Below, one piece after another: positions 1 through 8,900 of a DNA stretch of 64,000 bases. This stretch comes from Sulfitobacter sp. (GTDB lineage Bacteria > Pseudomonadota > Alphaproteobacteria > Rhodobacterales > Rhodobacteraceae), in NCBI GenBank assembly GCA_049680295.1, contig JBAUHN010000355.1:8836-72835 (forward strand). The letters run 5' to 3'. A program made the position numbers and the translations under genes. The notes under the pieces were generated by a model. The model searched no databases. It had not been told where the DNA came from and worked only from the letters and a program-made list of their open reading frames with translations. Within the stretch, counting starts at the first letter, position 1. Each line of letters starts with the position of its first letter.

Positions 1-631
1 CGTTTACGGCAACACCGATCAAATCCCGATCCGCGAGGACACCGCCCTTGCCCCAGAAAACACCTATGCCTGGACCAAACAGTTTGGCGAAGAATTCCTG
101 ACCCGCGTGTCCGGATCTCATCCTGAATTCAAGACCGGCATCCTGCGCTATTTCAACCCGGTGGGCGCCCATGCCTCAGGCCTGATCGGCGAAGATCCCA
201 GCCTGCCGCCCTCCAATCTGGTGCCGGTGATTGCACGGGTGGCCAAAGGCCAGATGGAAAAGCTGAAGGTTTTTGGCGGCGATTATCCGACCGCCGACGG
301 CACCGGCATTCGCGACTTTATCCATATCTCGGATCTGGCACAGGGTCATGTATTGTCCCTGAATGTGCTGCTGGGCCAAGGTCAGGGGCAGGGCCAAAGC
401 CATCTGGTCAACCTGGGCACCGGTACGGGTTACAGCGTGCTGGAGGTGCTGAAAACCTATTCCGAGGTTTGCGGCATTGATCTGCCTTATGAAATCGTCG
501 CCCGCCGCCCCGGCGATGCCGCGTTATCGTATGCCGGCACCGACCGCGCCTTTGAGATACTCGGGTTCAAAGCCCGGCACGATCTGCGCTCGATGTGCGA
601 AAGCAACTGGGCTTTTGCCTGCCGGGAGTGA
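1..631 (+). CDS. galE: UDP-glucose 4-epimerase, C-terminal part (5' end lies upstream of the window)
   Basis: Frame is open from base 2. Translation VYGNTDQIPIREDT..NTYAWTK (YxxxK)..ILRYFNPVGAHASGLIGEDP..FGGDYPTADGTGIRDFIHISDLA matches the extended-SDR GalE core. The ORF track shows only the part from the internal Met at 107. Confidence 0.85.
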   Translation, partial: VYGNTDQIPIREDTALAPENTYAWTKQFGEEFLTRVSGSHPEFKTGILRYFNPVGAHASGLIGEDPSLPPSNLVPVIARVAKGQMEKLKVFGGDYPTADGTGIRDFIHISDLAQGHVLSLNVLLGQGQGQGQSHLVNLGTGTGYSVLEVLKTYSEVCGIDLPYEIVARRPGDAALSYAGTDRAFEILGFKARHDLRSMCESNWAFACRE

Positions 632-639
632 GACCTGTC

Positions 640-724
640 ACGACACAGAGCCGCGCTGACGCCCGCCCGGCGCCTTCGGCTTGTCCCGGGCCGGAGAAGA
701 CTATCAAGGGCCGGTTTGAGCCCA
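640..724 (+). repeat. Intergenic repeat family, copy A (module 2 only)
   Basis: Core cgcccggcgccttcggcttgtcccgggccggagaagactatcaagggccggtttgagccca recurs near-identically at 9665-9725 (reverse) and 35171-35228. Confidence 0.8.
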
Positions 725-846
725 TTCTGACCGATGCCGCATTTAGCATGGAGGTCCGCTTTTCCGAAATCAAAGTCAGATGCTTAACAGTATTGGTAAA
801 AGTGCTAAATAAACAGTAGCCTATATAGGATAATTCTACAGGCGGC

Positions 847-1434
847 CTATTGGTCAGTTTCTATTTCAAAATAGACTGATCCACCGTCATCAATCCTGAT
901 CGTTGCTACATGCCCTGCAACCCCAAATCCACCTTCAACTCTAAGCAAATGACTTGTGGAATAGTATTCTTTTAGCTCGGCAACATCACTTGGATCACCG
1001 AAAAATGCAATCTTGTCTGATGAAACAGTAAGGTCATTCCGGTTTGAAAAATGCAACGTTATAGCGTTGAAGGTTTCATCTGCAGTTGTGACACTAGGTA
1101 ATGAACCGCTCAAAGAACAATGAAGCAAAGTCCCTTGTGATGTGGCGTTTCCTATCGCAGTAAACTGAAAGAAATTGTCCGGTGACAGCGTAAAATACTC
1201 TATGAAGCCAACAGACTCAGCGGCTCTCATAATCCATTTCCAGTCATTGATTTTGAACAAATTCGGAGATTGGACAAACAGATTTGGATCGCTAACGAAG
1301 GACGTGCATTTTGCCGAAAACAAATCCCACAAACCTCCAATAGTCGTTAATTCTGAGTTTTGCGCTCTTCCAAGAGTTGGATGAAAAGCTCCGCACAAAA
1401 GCAGAGCCAAGAGCGTTTTTTCCAGAAATTGCAC
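847..1434 (-). CDS. Hypothetical secreted protein (low-GC islet)
   Basis: 195 aa ORF with an N-terminal signal-like segment MQFLEKTLLALLLCGAFHPTLGRA. AT-rich coding unlike its flanks. No family motif recognised. Confidence 0.55.
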   Translation of the reverse strand: MQFLEKTLLALLLCGAFHPTLGRAQNSELTTIGGLWDLFSAKCTSFVSDPNLFVQSPNLFKINDWKWIMRAAESVGFIEYFTLSPDNFFQFTAIGNATSQGTLLHCSLSGSLPSVTTADETFNAITLHFSNRNDLTVSSDKIAFFGDPSDVAELKEYYSTSHLLRVEGGFGVAGHVATIRIDDGGSVYFEIETDQ

Positions 1435-1496
1435 GGTAAAAATCCTATATAGTCAGTGTACGAAGAGAAAGATACTGAGGCCGGAGCTAGGCCAAC

Positions 1497-1763
1497 TCAA
1501 GGTTTACAGTAAGGAACATCACAATCTATTTCGAATGGGTACCGAATACTTTCGCCATCAATTTCAACGATGAAGGCGGAGGCCGCGTACCACCATCGCC
1601 CCGTTCCTCCAGCTTTTTTGGCAGCTTCACAGGTCTTTCCAAGGTAGTATGTTGCGCCATCGGTCGTTGTCATGACGGCACCGTGTTTATTGCATTTAAT
1701 GCTGAAGTCAGCAAAAGCGGTGCTTGCTGAGAAAATTGCTAGTATTGTCAGAAAATTTTGCAT
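1497..1763 (-). CDS. Small secreted cysteine-containing protein (low-GC islet)
   Basis: 88 aa with signal peptide MQNFLTILAIFSASTAFA and four Cys in the mature part. No family recognised. Confidence 0.5.
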   Translation of the reverse strand: MQNFLTILAIFSASTAFADFSIKCNKHGAVMTTTDGATYYLGKTCEAAKKAGGTGRWWYAASAFIVEIDGESIRYPFEIDCDVPYCKP

Positions 1764-1777
1764 CTACGGGCTCCAGT

Positions 1778-1804
1778 TTAACACTATGAATGATAGTGTT
1801 AAAT
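1778..1804. promoter_or_regulatory. Perfect 11-bp inverted repeat TTTAACACTAT-N5-ATAGTGTTAAA (operator-like)
   Basis: Read directly, 15 bp upstream of the start of the 88-aa gene. Shares its half-site with the palindrome at 1871-1904. Confidence 0.4.
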
Positions 1805-1870
1805 CTTGGAACTGATGACCAGCGAAATTTTCCCAATGAATTCAGCGGCGACGTTCTCGCCATCCGCCTG

Positions 1871-1904
1871 ATATTTAACACTTCACGGGACAAGTGTTAA
1901 ATAT
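1871..1904. promoter_or_regulatory. Perfect 13-bp inverted repeat ATATTTAACACTT-N8-AAGTGTTAAATAT (operator-like)
   Basis: Read directly. Same TTTAACACT core as 1778-1804. Confidence 0.4.
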
Positions 1905-1983
1905 CTGAAAGCAGACCTTTAGCAGCCAGTCGTGAAAGACGGCTCTGTCCCGCACAGCAGCCATTCCGCCTCAGCCTCAGCCT

Positions 1984-2883
1984 CTACGCCTTTTTGCGGG
2001 CCACAAAGCAGGTCTCGGGACCGACGCGCGCCATGGATGTCTCGGGCGTCAGGCCGGCCTCGCGCAGCCAGCGGCGCATGGATCCGCGCATCGGGTAGAT
2101 GGGCCGCGATGTGGTGGCAACCCCGCGTGCGGGCAGGATGCGGCGGCGCAGGGCCATGTAGCTGAGCGTGTTCAGCGCCGTGATCACAATCGGCTTCAGC
2201 GCGGCGGGCCTGCGCAGCACCGCGCCCAGGGTCAGGCCCAGATAGGTATCCAGCGTACCGCCGATGATCATCAGCTGGCCCCCCGGCTTCACCAGACGGG
2301 CCAGTTCCTTAAAGGCAGGACAGATATCAAAATACTGATGCGCCGAGACGCATAGAACGATGTCGAACTGGGCGTCCTCAAACGGAAGCGCCTCGGCCGT
2401 GCCATGGCGGACATCCAGCGGGGCCATTTTTTCACGCTGGCGAAACAGCGCACCGAACTGGCCATAGGCTGCGACCGGCTCGACGCCCGCGACGCTCTGG
2501 GCGACATCGGCCAGCGACATCAGGTTCGCACCCATGCCGCAGCCGATCTCGACCACGGATTTACCGGCAAAATGGCTTTTGGACAGATGCGGTGCGGCGC
2601 CTTCAAAGGGCAGGGCGCGGTCGCGTTCCAGCCAGAATATATATTCGCGGCACGAATCAGCCGCAAATCCACCCAATTCGGTCAGCGCATGGGTTTCAGG
2701 GTCGATCCAGCCCAGATCCTGTGCAACCTGACCCACCTGCGGGTCAAAGGATTTGGTAGGTTTGCCAAGCGCCATGCACTGCATGAACTCAATCAGATCA
2801 GGGGTATTTTTAAAGATGGAATACCGTTGCATCTGCACAAGGTCATCGGGGGAAAATTGCATAAAGGCTCCAACTGGGTACAA
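1984..2883 (-). CDS. Class I SAM-dependent methyltransferase
   Basis: SAM-binding motif VVEIGCGMGANL followed by a Methyltransf_11-like core (FDIVLCVSAHQYF..LVKPGGQL). Start may be the internal Met at 2862. Confidence 0.75.
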   Translation of the reverse strand: MYPVGAFMQFSPDDLVQMQRYSIFKNTPDLIEFMQCMALGKPTKSFDPQVGQVAQDLGWIDPETHALTELGGFAADSCREYIFWLERDRALPFEGAAPHLSKSHFAGKSVVEIGCGMGANLMSLADVAQSVAGVEPVAAYGQFGALFRQREKMAPLDVRHGTAEALPFEDAQFDIVLCVSAHQYFDICPAFKELARLVKPGGQLMIIGGTLDTYLGLTLGAVLRRPAALKPIVITALNTLSYMALRRRILPARGVATTSRPIYPMRGSMRRWLREAGLTPETSMARVGPETCFVARKKA

Positions 2884-2970
2884 ACGCCAAACAAATTACA
2901 GGCGCGGGCAGATACTATCATAAAATCTGAATAACGGCGAAGATTCTGTTTTCAGGCAGTTTTTTCAACC

Positions 2971-3948
2971 TTAGATGCCAATGAGCCGCAGCCGGAACCG
3001 CGCCAGCGGATCATATCGGCTGACAGCCAGACGCGACAGGGCAAAAGAATCAGACCCTTTTTGTGCCAGCGCCATGTCCAGAACGGTGGCAGAGGTGAAC
3101 CCGATCTCGGCCATAGCGGCGCGCAGGGGGGCGGTGTGATTGCCATTGGGGTAGGCAAAATGCGCCACCTTTCGGCCGGTCCATTTTTGCAAAAGATCGC
3201 GCGAATGGGCGGCGCTGCTTTGGGCCTGGGCCAGCGGGATCTGATCGAGCAGGTTGTGGCAGTGGCTATGCGCCCCGATGGTGACATGGGGGCAGGCTGC
3301 CAGCGTTTTCAACTGCTCCAGTGACATCGGCCCCAGACGCGGCCCGATCTGCGTGACCGGCGCTTGCGCCACCACCTGCGCGGTCAGGTCTTCGCGCAGA
3401 TCAGGGTCCACGGCCTTAAGACGCTCCAGCACGTCCGAGATCACCTGCCAGCGCAGCGCGCCACCGGTTTCAGGCAGGCGCCAGACCGGCAGGCCAGCCG
3501 CATGGAGGTCTATCTGCATGGCGATCGGCGCCTGCAATGCGTTCATGATCCGGTCAAACCAATAGGGTTGCCCGGTCTCAATCTGGCGGGTGGCAACATA
3601 GATCGTCACCGGCAGGGCTTCGGCCTCGACGATGGGTAAAAGATGGGTAAAAAGCCCGATGTCGCCATCATCAAAGGTCAGCACCACACGCGGGCGCGGG
3701 TTGTTTTCGGCCGGGGTCAATGCCTGATCAAGGCTGACAATATCGTAATCCTTGCGCAAAAATGCGATCTGCTGGCGAAACTCACTGACACGCAGGGCGG
3801 TCCAGGCATCCGGGCCGCCGCGGTCAGGGCCCAGCGTGTGATAGCACAGGATCGTCAGGGGGCTGCCGCGCAGCGCCCGGTGTTGCAGGGCTTTATAGGG
3901 CAAAGGCCAGCCCAGCCCTGCCAGCACCGTTCGTTTCAGCAGGCCCAT
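2971..3948 (-). CDS. Polysaccharide deacetylase family protein
   Basis: NodB-type motif VVLTFDDGD plus a later H-rich motif IGAHSHCH. Confidence 0.8.
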   Translation of the reverse strand: MGLLKRTVLAGLGWPLPYKALQHRALRGSPLTILCYHTLGPDRGGPDAWTALRVSEFRQQIAFLRKDYDIVSLDQALTPAENNPRPRVVLTFDDGDIGLFTHLLPIVEAEALPVTIYVATRQIETGQPYWFDRIMNALQAPIAMQIDLHAAGLPVWRLPETGGALRWQVISDVLERLKAVDPDLREDLTAQVVAQAPVTQIGPRLGPMSLEQLKTLAACPHVTIGAHSHCHNLLDQIPLAQAQSSAAHSRDLLQKWTGRKVAHFAYPNGNHTAPLRAAMAEIGFTSATVLDMALAQKGSDSFALSRLAVSRYDPLARFRLRLIGI

Positions 3949-3954
3949 CCCAGC

Positions 3955-5181
3955 TTATCCTTTTTGCGCAAAAAATGCGCGCAGCTTACCCGCTTCGGTG
4001 TCGATGCTGTGGCGCGCCTGTGCCCGTGCGCTGGCATTGCGCCCCAGGGTCCGCATCTTGCGGGTGGGCGTGGCCAGGCTTTCGATCATCGCGCCACTCA
4101 GGTCGTCGATATCGCCTGCCGGCACCAGCCAGCCGTTTTCACCGGGCCGCACCAGTTCGGGGATGCCCGCCACATAAGTGGAAATCACCGGACGTCGCAA
4201 CGCCATCGCCTCCATGATCACCACGGGCAGCCCTTCGATAAAGCTGGGCTGCACCAGCACATTACAGGCCAGAATTTCGTCGCGCACCTGATCTGAGGAA
4301 ATCCAGCCGGTGATGCGCACCGCATCGCCGATGCCAAGGGCGGCAATCTTATCTTCGATCAGCCCGCGCAGATCGCCATCACCGGCCAGCACCAGCCGGG
4401 CTTTGGGATGTTGTTTCAGCGTGGCGGCAAAAGCATCAAGCAGGATCAGATGGCCCTTTTCACCGCTCAGACGCCCAATGCATAAAAACACCGGGGTTTT
4501 GGGCAGATCGCTGTCGGCATCGGCAAAGGCACGGGCTGGCAGGCCGCAATGAACGACCTTGATCTTGGGCCAGTCCTTGGGCGTGATATGGCGCAAAAGC
4601 TGGCTGCGGGTATAGGCACTGATCGCCACCACAAATTTGGCGTGACCCACCTTATGGTCAAACCCCAGCCGTTTGGCATTGTCGGCCTCGTCCATGCCGT
4701 GAATGGTAAAGCTGTAGGGCGGCCCGCCCAGCAATTCCACCAAGGCCGCAATCTCGGCTGAATTGGTGCCGAAATGCGCGTGCATATGGGTGACGGGGGA
4801 TTTGTCGAGATGATCCATGATCCGGCAGGCATGCGCCACATAGATCAGATGGTAGGGCCAGGGCCGCAATCCGTTTTTGGACATCGCAAGCGCGGCTTTG
4901 ACCGCACGCCAGACCGCACCGGGATGGCGAACCGTGCGGCGCAGGGCCGATCCCAGCAGGGACCCCAGCCCGTCTTTCAGCGTGTAGGTGGTCTTGGTCA
5001 ACTCGGATTTATCGCCGTCATCGACCACTTCCGCATCCCAGCCCCGCAGGGCGAAACGCTGGACCGTCACCCCCTGACGTTCCAGCGCCATAATCTCGCG
5101 CCGGATAAACGTATGGCTGACCTTTGGATATTGGTTCACCAGATAGGCGACGTGCAGCGGGGCGGTCGGGTTTTCAGTCAC
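3955..5181 (-). CDS. Glycosyltransferase family 4 (WcaL/colanic-acid-type)
   Basis: GT-B C-terminal signature PSFIEGLPVVIMEAMALRRPVISTYVAGIPELV. N-terminal YLVNQYPKVSHTFI is typical of this subgroup. Confidence 0.85.
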   Translation of the reverse strand: MTENPTAPLHVAYLVNQYPKVSHTFIRREIMALERQGVTVQRFALRGWDAEVVDDGDKSELTKTTYTLKDGLGSLLGSALRRTVRHPGAVWRAVKAALAMSKNGLRPWPYHLIYVAHACRIMDHLDKSPVTHMHAHFGTNSAEIAALVELLGGPPYSFTIHGMDEADNAKRLGFDHKVGHAKFVVAISAYTRSQLLRHITPKDWPKIKVVHCGLPARAFADADSDLPKTPVFLCIGRLSGEKGHLILLDAFAATLKQHPKARLVLAGDGDLRGLIEDKIAALGIGDAVRITGWISSDQVRDEILACNVLVQPSFIEGLPVVIMEAMALRRPVISTYVAGIPELVRPGENGWLVPAGDIDDLSGAMIESLATPTRKMRTLGRNASARAQARHSIDTEAGKLRAFFAQKG

Positions 5182-5508
5182 AATATATTCCGGTCAATTG
5201 TTAAACGTCTGAGATAGGCGATGTGCCGGATCAGAACATCAAAAAAACGGCATCAATAGGGAATTATCGCGTTTTGAATTTAAAGGCAGGGTGTGGGCGG
5301 GGCAAACCTGCGTGAAATAGGCCCCCCCCTCAGGCCGTGGCCTGCGTCAGGAACCGAGGATAAAACGCGCCGCGCCAAAGGTCCGTTGTGCGGACCGAGC
5401 TGGCTTTCGCTGCGCTTGCGCCAAAGTCCACTTTCAGAAAATTCCATCTGACAAGAAGGGGGGGCATCGGTGGAAACCGACACCCCTTGGACAGAAGTGG
5501 CGCTACCT

Positions 5509-6495
5509 TTAGTGTTTGATGCGATCCAGGAATTCGACCATCTGATCGGCAATCTCGTCGCCATATTCCTCAAGTGCGAAGTGACCTGTATCCAAAATGT
5601 GGAATTCCAGATCTTCCAGATCCCGCTTGTAGGGATGAGCACCCATCTCAGGGAAAATGTGATCGTTCTTACCCCACATCAGTAGTGCTGGTGGCTGATG
5701 TTCACGAAACAGCGCCTGCCATTTGGGGTATTCAGCAACGTTTGTTCCGTAGTCCAAAAACATCTCGAGCTGAACTTCTTGGTTGCCGGGGCGGTCAAGC
5801 AGGTACTGCACGTGCCAGAAGTTATCGGGACTTATTTTGGCAGGATCTTGTACGCCGTGAGTGAACTGCCAGATTGTTGCCTCCAGCTCGAAAAACCCAC
5901 GCAACGCATCGCCGTTTTCCGAAGTTGGTTCAGCCCAGTAGGCTTTTAGGGGATCCCAAAATTCACCCAAGCCCTCGGCATAAGCGTTGCCGTTCTGAAT
6001 GATGAAGCCAGACACGCGTTCCGGGTCCTCGGCGAACATACGATACCCAACCGGTGCACCGTAATCCATAAGGTAGACAGCGTAGTCGCCGACATCTTTG
6101 CGATCCAGAAGCTCGGTCATCATTGTCGCGATGTGTGCGAAGGAATATTCGAAAGTCTCAGCGGGTGGCATCTCCGAGGCACCGTATCCCGGATAGTCGG
6201 GAGCGATGACGTGGTAGTCTGCCGCCAGCTTCGGGATCAATTCGCGGTACATATGGGACGAGGTTGGAAAGCCGTGCAGCAATAGGACCGTGGGTTTGTC
6301 AGGATCTCCGGCTTCGCGATAGGCAATTTTGACGCCATCGATGAGTTCAGATTTGAACTGAACCTCTGTCGGGTCCGTTTGAATGCTCTCTGCTGCACGC
6401 AACGGCGAAGGCAACATCATTGGTACAGCCAATGTCAACGCGGCGAGGGTTATAACGCTGCCACTGACAAGCGCAGATTTCATAGTGTGTTTCAT
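5509..6495 (-). CDS. Secreted alpha/beta hydrolase (epoxide hydrolase / haloalkane dehalogenase-like)
   Basis: HGFP oxyanion motif (LLLHGFPTSSHMY), nucleophile elbow MDYGAPVG, C-terminal GHFALEE. Signal peptide begins at the Met at 6495; the upstream ORF extension was rejected. Confidence 0.8.
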   Translation of the reverse strand: MKHTMKSALVSGSVITLAALTLAVPMMLPSPLRAAESIQTDPTEVQFKSELIDGVKIAYREAGDPDKPTVLLLHGFPTSSHMYRELIPKLAADYHVIAPDYPGYGASEMPPAETFEYSFAHIATMMTELLDRKDVGDYAVYLMDYGAPVGYRMFAEDPERVSGFIIQNGNAYAEGLGEFWDPLKAYWAEPTSENGDALRGFFELEATIWQFTHGVQDPAKISPDNFWHVQYLLDRPGNQEVQLEMFLDYGTNVAEYPKWQALFREHQPPALLMWGKNDHIFPEMGAHPYKRDLEDLEFHILDTGHFALEEYGDEIADQMVEFLDRIKH

Positions 6496-6569
6496 GTTTA
6501 TTCCAATCAATTCTGGAGTTCGAGGGAGGATGCCGGGCATGTGTTCTGCCCAACGAGGGTTGTTAAGAG

Positions 6570-7202
6570 TCAACCAATCGAGGCTGATGCTGCAGACTTC
6601 AGTCGCTGGTTTTCGGCCTTCAGGCTTTCATTTTCGGCGTGTAATTCAGATAGATGTGGCTTTAGTTCGTCGATGGTCAGACGTATCGGGATGTGCTGTG
6701 GACAGTTCCAATCGAAGGCCTCGACGTCGATGACAACAGCGCGTTCCGGACGGGCGCGGTAGGTCTGATCATGCAAAGGCGTCGCGATTTCGGGTTCGTC
6801 GGCGGTCTCAATCAGACGCGCACGGCCCCAGATTTTCAGTCGACGGCGGTTCGGGTAATCCATCAGGATCATCGACACCCGGTCATTATTCGCCAGATTT
6901 CCTGCGCTGAGATATTGGCGATTTCCCCGGAAGTCCGCATATGCGACAGTGTTTGGCGTGAGCACTTTGAGAAAGCCGAGGGGGCCGCCGCGAAACTGCA
7001 CGTATGGCCAGCCTGTTTCTGACACGGTTGCCTGATAAAACCCATCACGGGCCGCGATGAAGTCGGTTTCCTCTGACCCAAGCGTGTCGGCACGGGGCGC
7101 ATCTTCGGCCAAGAAAGAGGCGTAGCCGTTGGCTGATCCCATTCGGGATTGCTGGGCGCGGACGGCGGGGGTGAAGGCGATATCTGCAAAGGCGCGGGCC
7201 AT
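6570..7202 (-). CDS. Pyridoxamine 5'-phosphate oxidase-family (FMN-binding split-barrel) protein
   Basis: General PNPOx-like pattern (GWPYVQFRGGPLGFLKV..RVSMILMDY..RRLKIWGRA). Call rests on similarity to that family only. Confidence 0.6.
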   Translation of the reverse strand: MARAFADIAFTPAVRAQQSRMGSANGYASFLAEDAPRADTLGSEETDFIAARDGFYQATVSETGWPYVQFRGGPLGFLKVLTPNTVAYADFRGNRQYLSAGNLANNDRVSMILMDYPNRRRLKIWGRARLIETADEPEIATPLHDQTYRARPERAVVIDVEAFDWNCPQHIPIRLTIDELKPHLSELHAENESLKAENQRLKSAASASIG

Positions 7203-7232
7203 GATGGTATCCTTTCAGTTCAAATATGAGTG

Positions 7233-7697
7233 TTAGAGGCCAAGATCGCTGAGGTCAGGGTGATCTTCCGGGCGCGGGCCAAGCGGCCAGCGGAACAGGC
7301 GGTCTGCTTCGGTAATTGGTAGATCGTTGATGCTGGCCAAGCGGTGGCACATTCGGCCATCCAGCTCGAATTGCCAGTTCTCGTTTCCAAATGCTCGGAA
7401 CCAGTTGTTGCTGTTGTCCTGCCATTCGTAAGCAAAGCGTACAGCGATCCGATTTCCTGCAAATATCCAAAGTTCTTTCATTAGCCGGTAGTTGTGTTCG
7501 CGCTGCCATTTACGGGTGAGCAGCTGGTGAATTTCGGTGTGCCCAGTGGCAAAGTCAGCCCGATTTCGCCAGATGCTGCCCTCGGTGTAAGCGGGAATCA
7601 CAATATCAGGGTTGCGGCTGTTCCAGGCGTTTTCAGCCGCGCGCACTTTCTGATGTGCTGTTGCTTCGGTGAACGGGGGCAAAGGAGGGCGTGTCAT
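7233..7697 (-). CDS. DUF1348 / NTF2-like (SnoaL-fold) protein
   Basis: KVRAAENAWNSRNPDIV..IWRNRADFATGHTEI..RKWQREHNYRLMKELW..NRIAVRFAYEW is the DUF1348 pattern. Start moved to the Met at 7697. Confidence 0.7.
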   Translation of the reverse strand: MTRPPLPPFTEATAHQKVRAAENAWNSRNPDIVIPAYTEGSIWRNRADFATGHTEIHQLLTRKWQREHNYRLMKELWIFAGNRIAVRFAYEWQDNSNNWFRAFGNENWQFELDGRMCHRLASINDLPITEADRLFRWPLGPRPEDHPDLSDLGL

Positions 7698-7903
7698 GGC
7701 AGAACCTTGTGATGAATGCCTTGACCGCAGGGGGTGCGGTCTGGGGTGTGATGGTGAAAGTTTTCGAACGGAAGCGTGTTGATAGAGACCGCCTTCGGCT
7801 GGCGCATAATCTCGCAGGCTCAACTTGATTGCTTTGGTTGACCCCGGGCGGGGGGAACGCCCGAGGTCGTCGGTGTGCTGGTTCGGGAGGAAACCAGCGG
7901 GGG

Positions 7904-8671
7904 TTAGTTGATTACAGCCTGCATGCGCGCAACGGTGGTTTCGGTGTCTGCCACATCGCTCGCAATCATGCGGAAGTTGACCATCGCGGCGGCATATCCA
8001 TCGAGCCCGGGAAGCTGTGCTTCAGCCGTGGCGTCCGTCACCACCATCACTTCGAAGCCTTGTTCCTGAAGCTCTCGCATGTGGGATTCAGTGCATAGGT
8101 TGGCGGACATTCCCGCGATGATGACTTTGGAAATACCCTGCTTGCGCAATTGCAGCACCAGATCGTTGGTTTCGGGTCCAAAGACTTTGTGCAGGCTGGT
8201 GATGACGGTTTCGCCGTCCTCAATGTAGAGCTTGTATTGCGCCAGCCAATCAGCGCCAGACCCCTCAAAGCCGTCTGTCGAAAGCGCGCTGGACCGGTCG
8301 AACATGCCAATTTCGTGCATCAGATTTTCCAGTGCGCCTTCGAAGTGCCACCCATGATCATGCGGGAAATAGTAATGCGGCGAGACGAAGACCGGCATGC
8401 CCGTCGCTTTGGCTGTTGCGAAAAGAGTGCCAATGTTTTCGACCGTACCGTTGGCCTCGACATTGGCACCCACGACGCCCCAGGCCACGCCATCGGGGCT
8501 CAGAAAGTCATTCTGTGGATCTGTAACTAAAAGGGCCGTCTGCCCGGCGACAATGTCGAAGCCGGGATGCGGCAAGCCGTCGTCCGCGAAAACGGGTGCG
8601 GCGAAACCGGATAACGTCGCAGCTGCAAGTGCTGCGACAGGAACCATAAGATAAGAGCGAGCGATGGTCAT
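7904..8671 (-). CDS. Secreted isochorismatase-family cysteine hydrolase
   Basis: Signal peptide, then ALLVTDPQNDF and KVIIAGMSANLCTESH (catalytic Cys context). Confidence 0.8.
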   Translation of the reverse strand: MTIARSYLMVPVAALAAATLSGFAAPVFADDGLPHPGFDIVAGQTALLVTDPQNDFLSPDGVAWGVVGANVEANGTVENIGTLFATAKATGMPVFVSPHYYFPHDHGWHFEGALENLMHEIGMFDRSSALSTDGFEGSGADWLAQYKLYIEDGETVITSLHKVFGPETNDLVLQLRKQGISKVIIAGMSANLCTESHMRELQEQGFEVMVVTDATAEAQLPGLDGYAAAMVNFRMIASDVADTETTVARMQAVIN

Positions 8672-8710
8672 TTCAGTCTCCAGTTGGTTAGATTCAAAGA
8701 TTGTTAGAGT

Positions 8711-8757
8711 TTACCGATCTGTACACCTTATATCTGCCTAAATGTACTGATCGGTAA
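8711..8757. promoter_or_regulatory. Pair of inverted operator-like sites TTACCGATCTGTACA / TGTACTGATCGGTAA
   Basis: Read directly in the divergent isochorismatase/TetR intergenic region. Each half is itself quasi-palindromic (TACnGATCnGTA). Confidence 0.45.
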
Positions 8758-8875
8758 CTCTTGTCAAGAAAATTAAGGGAGACCTGAGCCACTCCTACTC
8801 TCCGGCAGCACAAATTCACACGTGAAACAGTAATGTGATCAACACCTTGTTGCAGTTTTCAATAAATTAAAATAC

Positions 8876-8890
8876 TTACCGAACGGTACA
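8876..8890. promoter_or_regulatory. Third copy of the operator-like site (TTACCGAACGGTACA)
   Basis: Same consensus TTACCGAnCnGTACA, 11 bp upstream of the TetR start codon and overlapping its RBS region. Confidence 0.45.
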
Positions 8891-8900
8891 TATTGAGGGA

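Noticed and set aside
374-397. A (Gly-Gln)x4 run inside GalE, considered as a possible slippage-prone repeat or phase-variation site.
   Set aside because: The nucleotide sequence (ggc caa ggt cag ggg cag ggc caa) is not a perfect tandem repeat. It lies in a variable surface loop of GalE and keeps the frame, so it is most likely a harmless low-complexity loop.
595-819. Three ORFs (595-819, 9621-9821, 35108-35329) share a peptide ..PAPSACPG(P/Q)E.(T/A)IK(G/V)RFE.., which looks like a small protein family.
   Set aside because: The shared peptide is simply the translation of module 2 of the intergenic DNA repeat. The flanking parts of the ORFs are unrelated, and conservation is at the nucleotide level in both orientations.
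780-1930. The low-GC islets (0.8-1.9 kb, 35.3-36.4 kb, 39.6-41.7 kb) were considered as insertion sequences, prophage remnants or integrative elements.
   Set aside because: No transposase, integrase or recombinase, no tRNA attachment site and no terminal inverted repeats of IS type are visible. I report only compositional breaks and the flanking repeat family.
5182-5508. The 327-bp intergenic region with G/C runs, small hairpins (for example 5461-5486) and the ORF 5280-5642 was considered as another repeat copy, an ncRNA or a terminator.
   Set aside because: It has no convincing similarity to the repeat family. The hairpin has an internal mismatch and a poor U-tract, and the ORF has no coding character. 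Evidence is too weak for a feature call.
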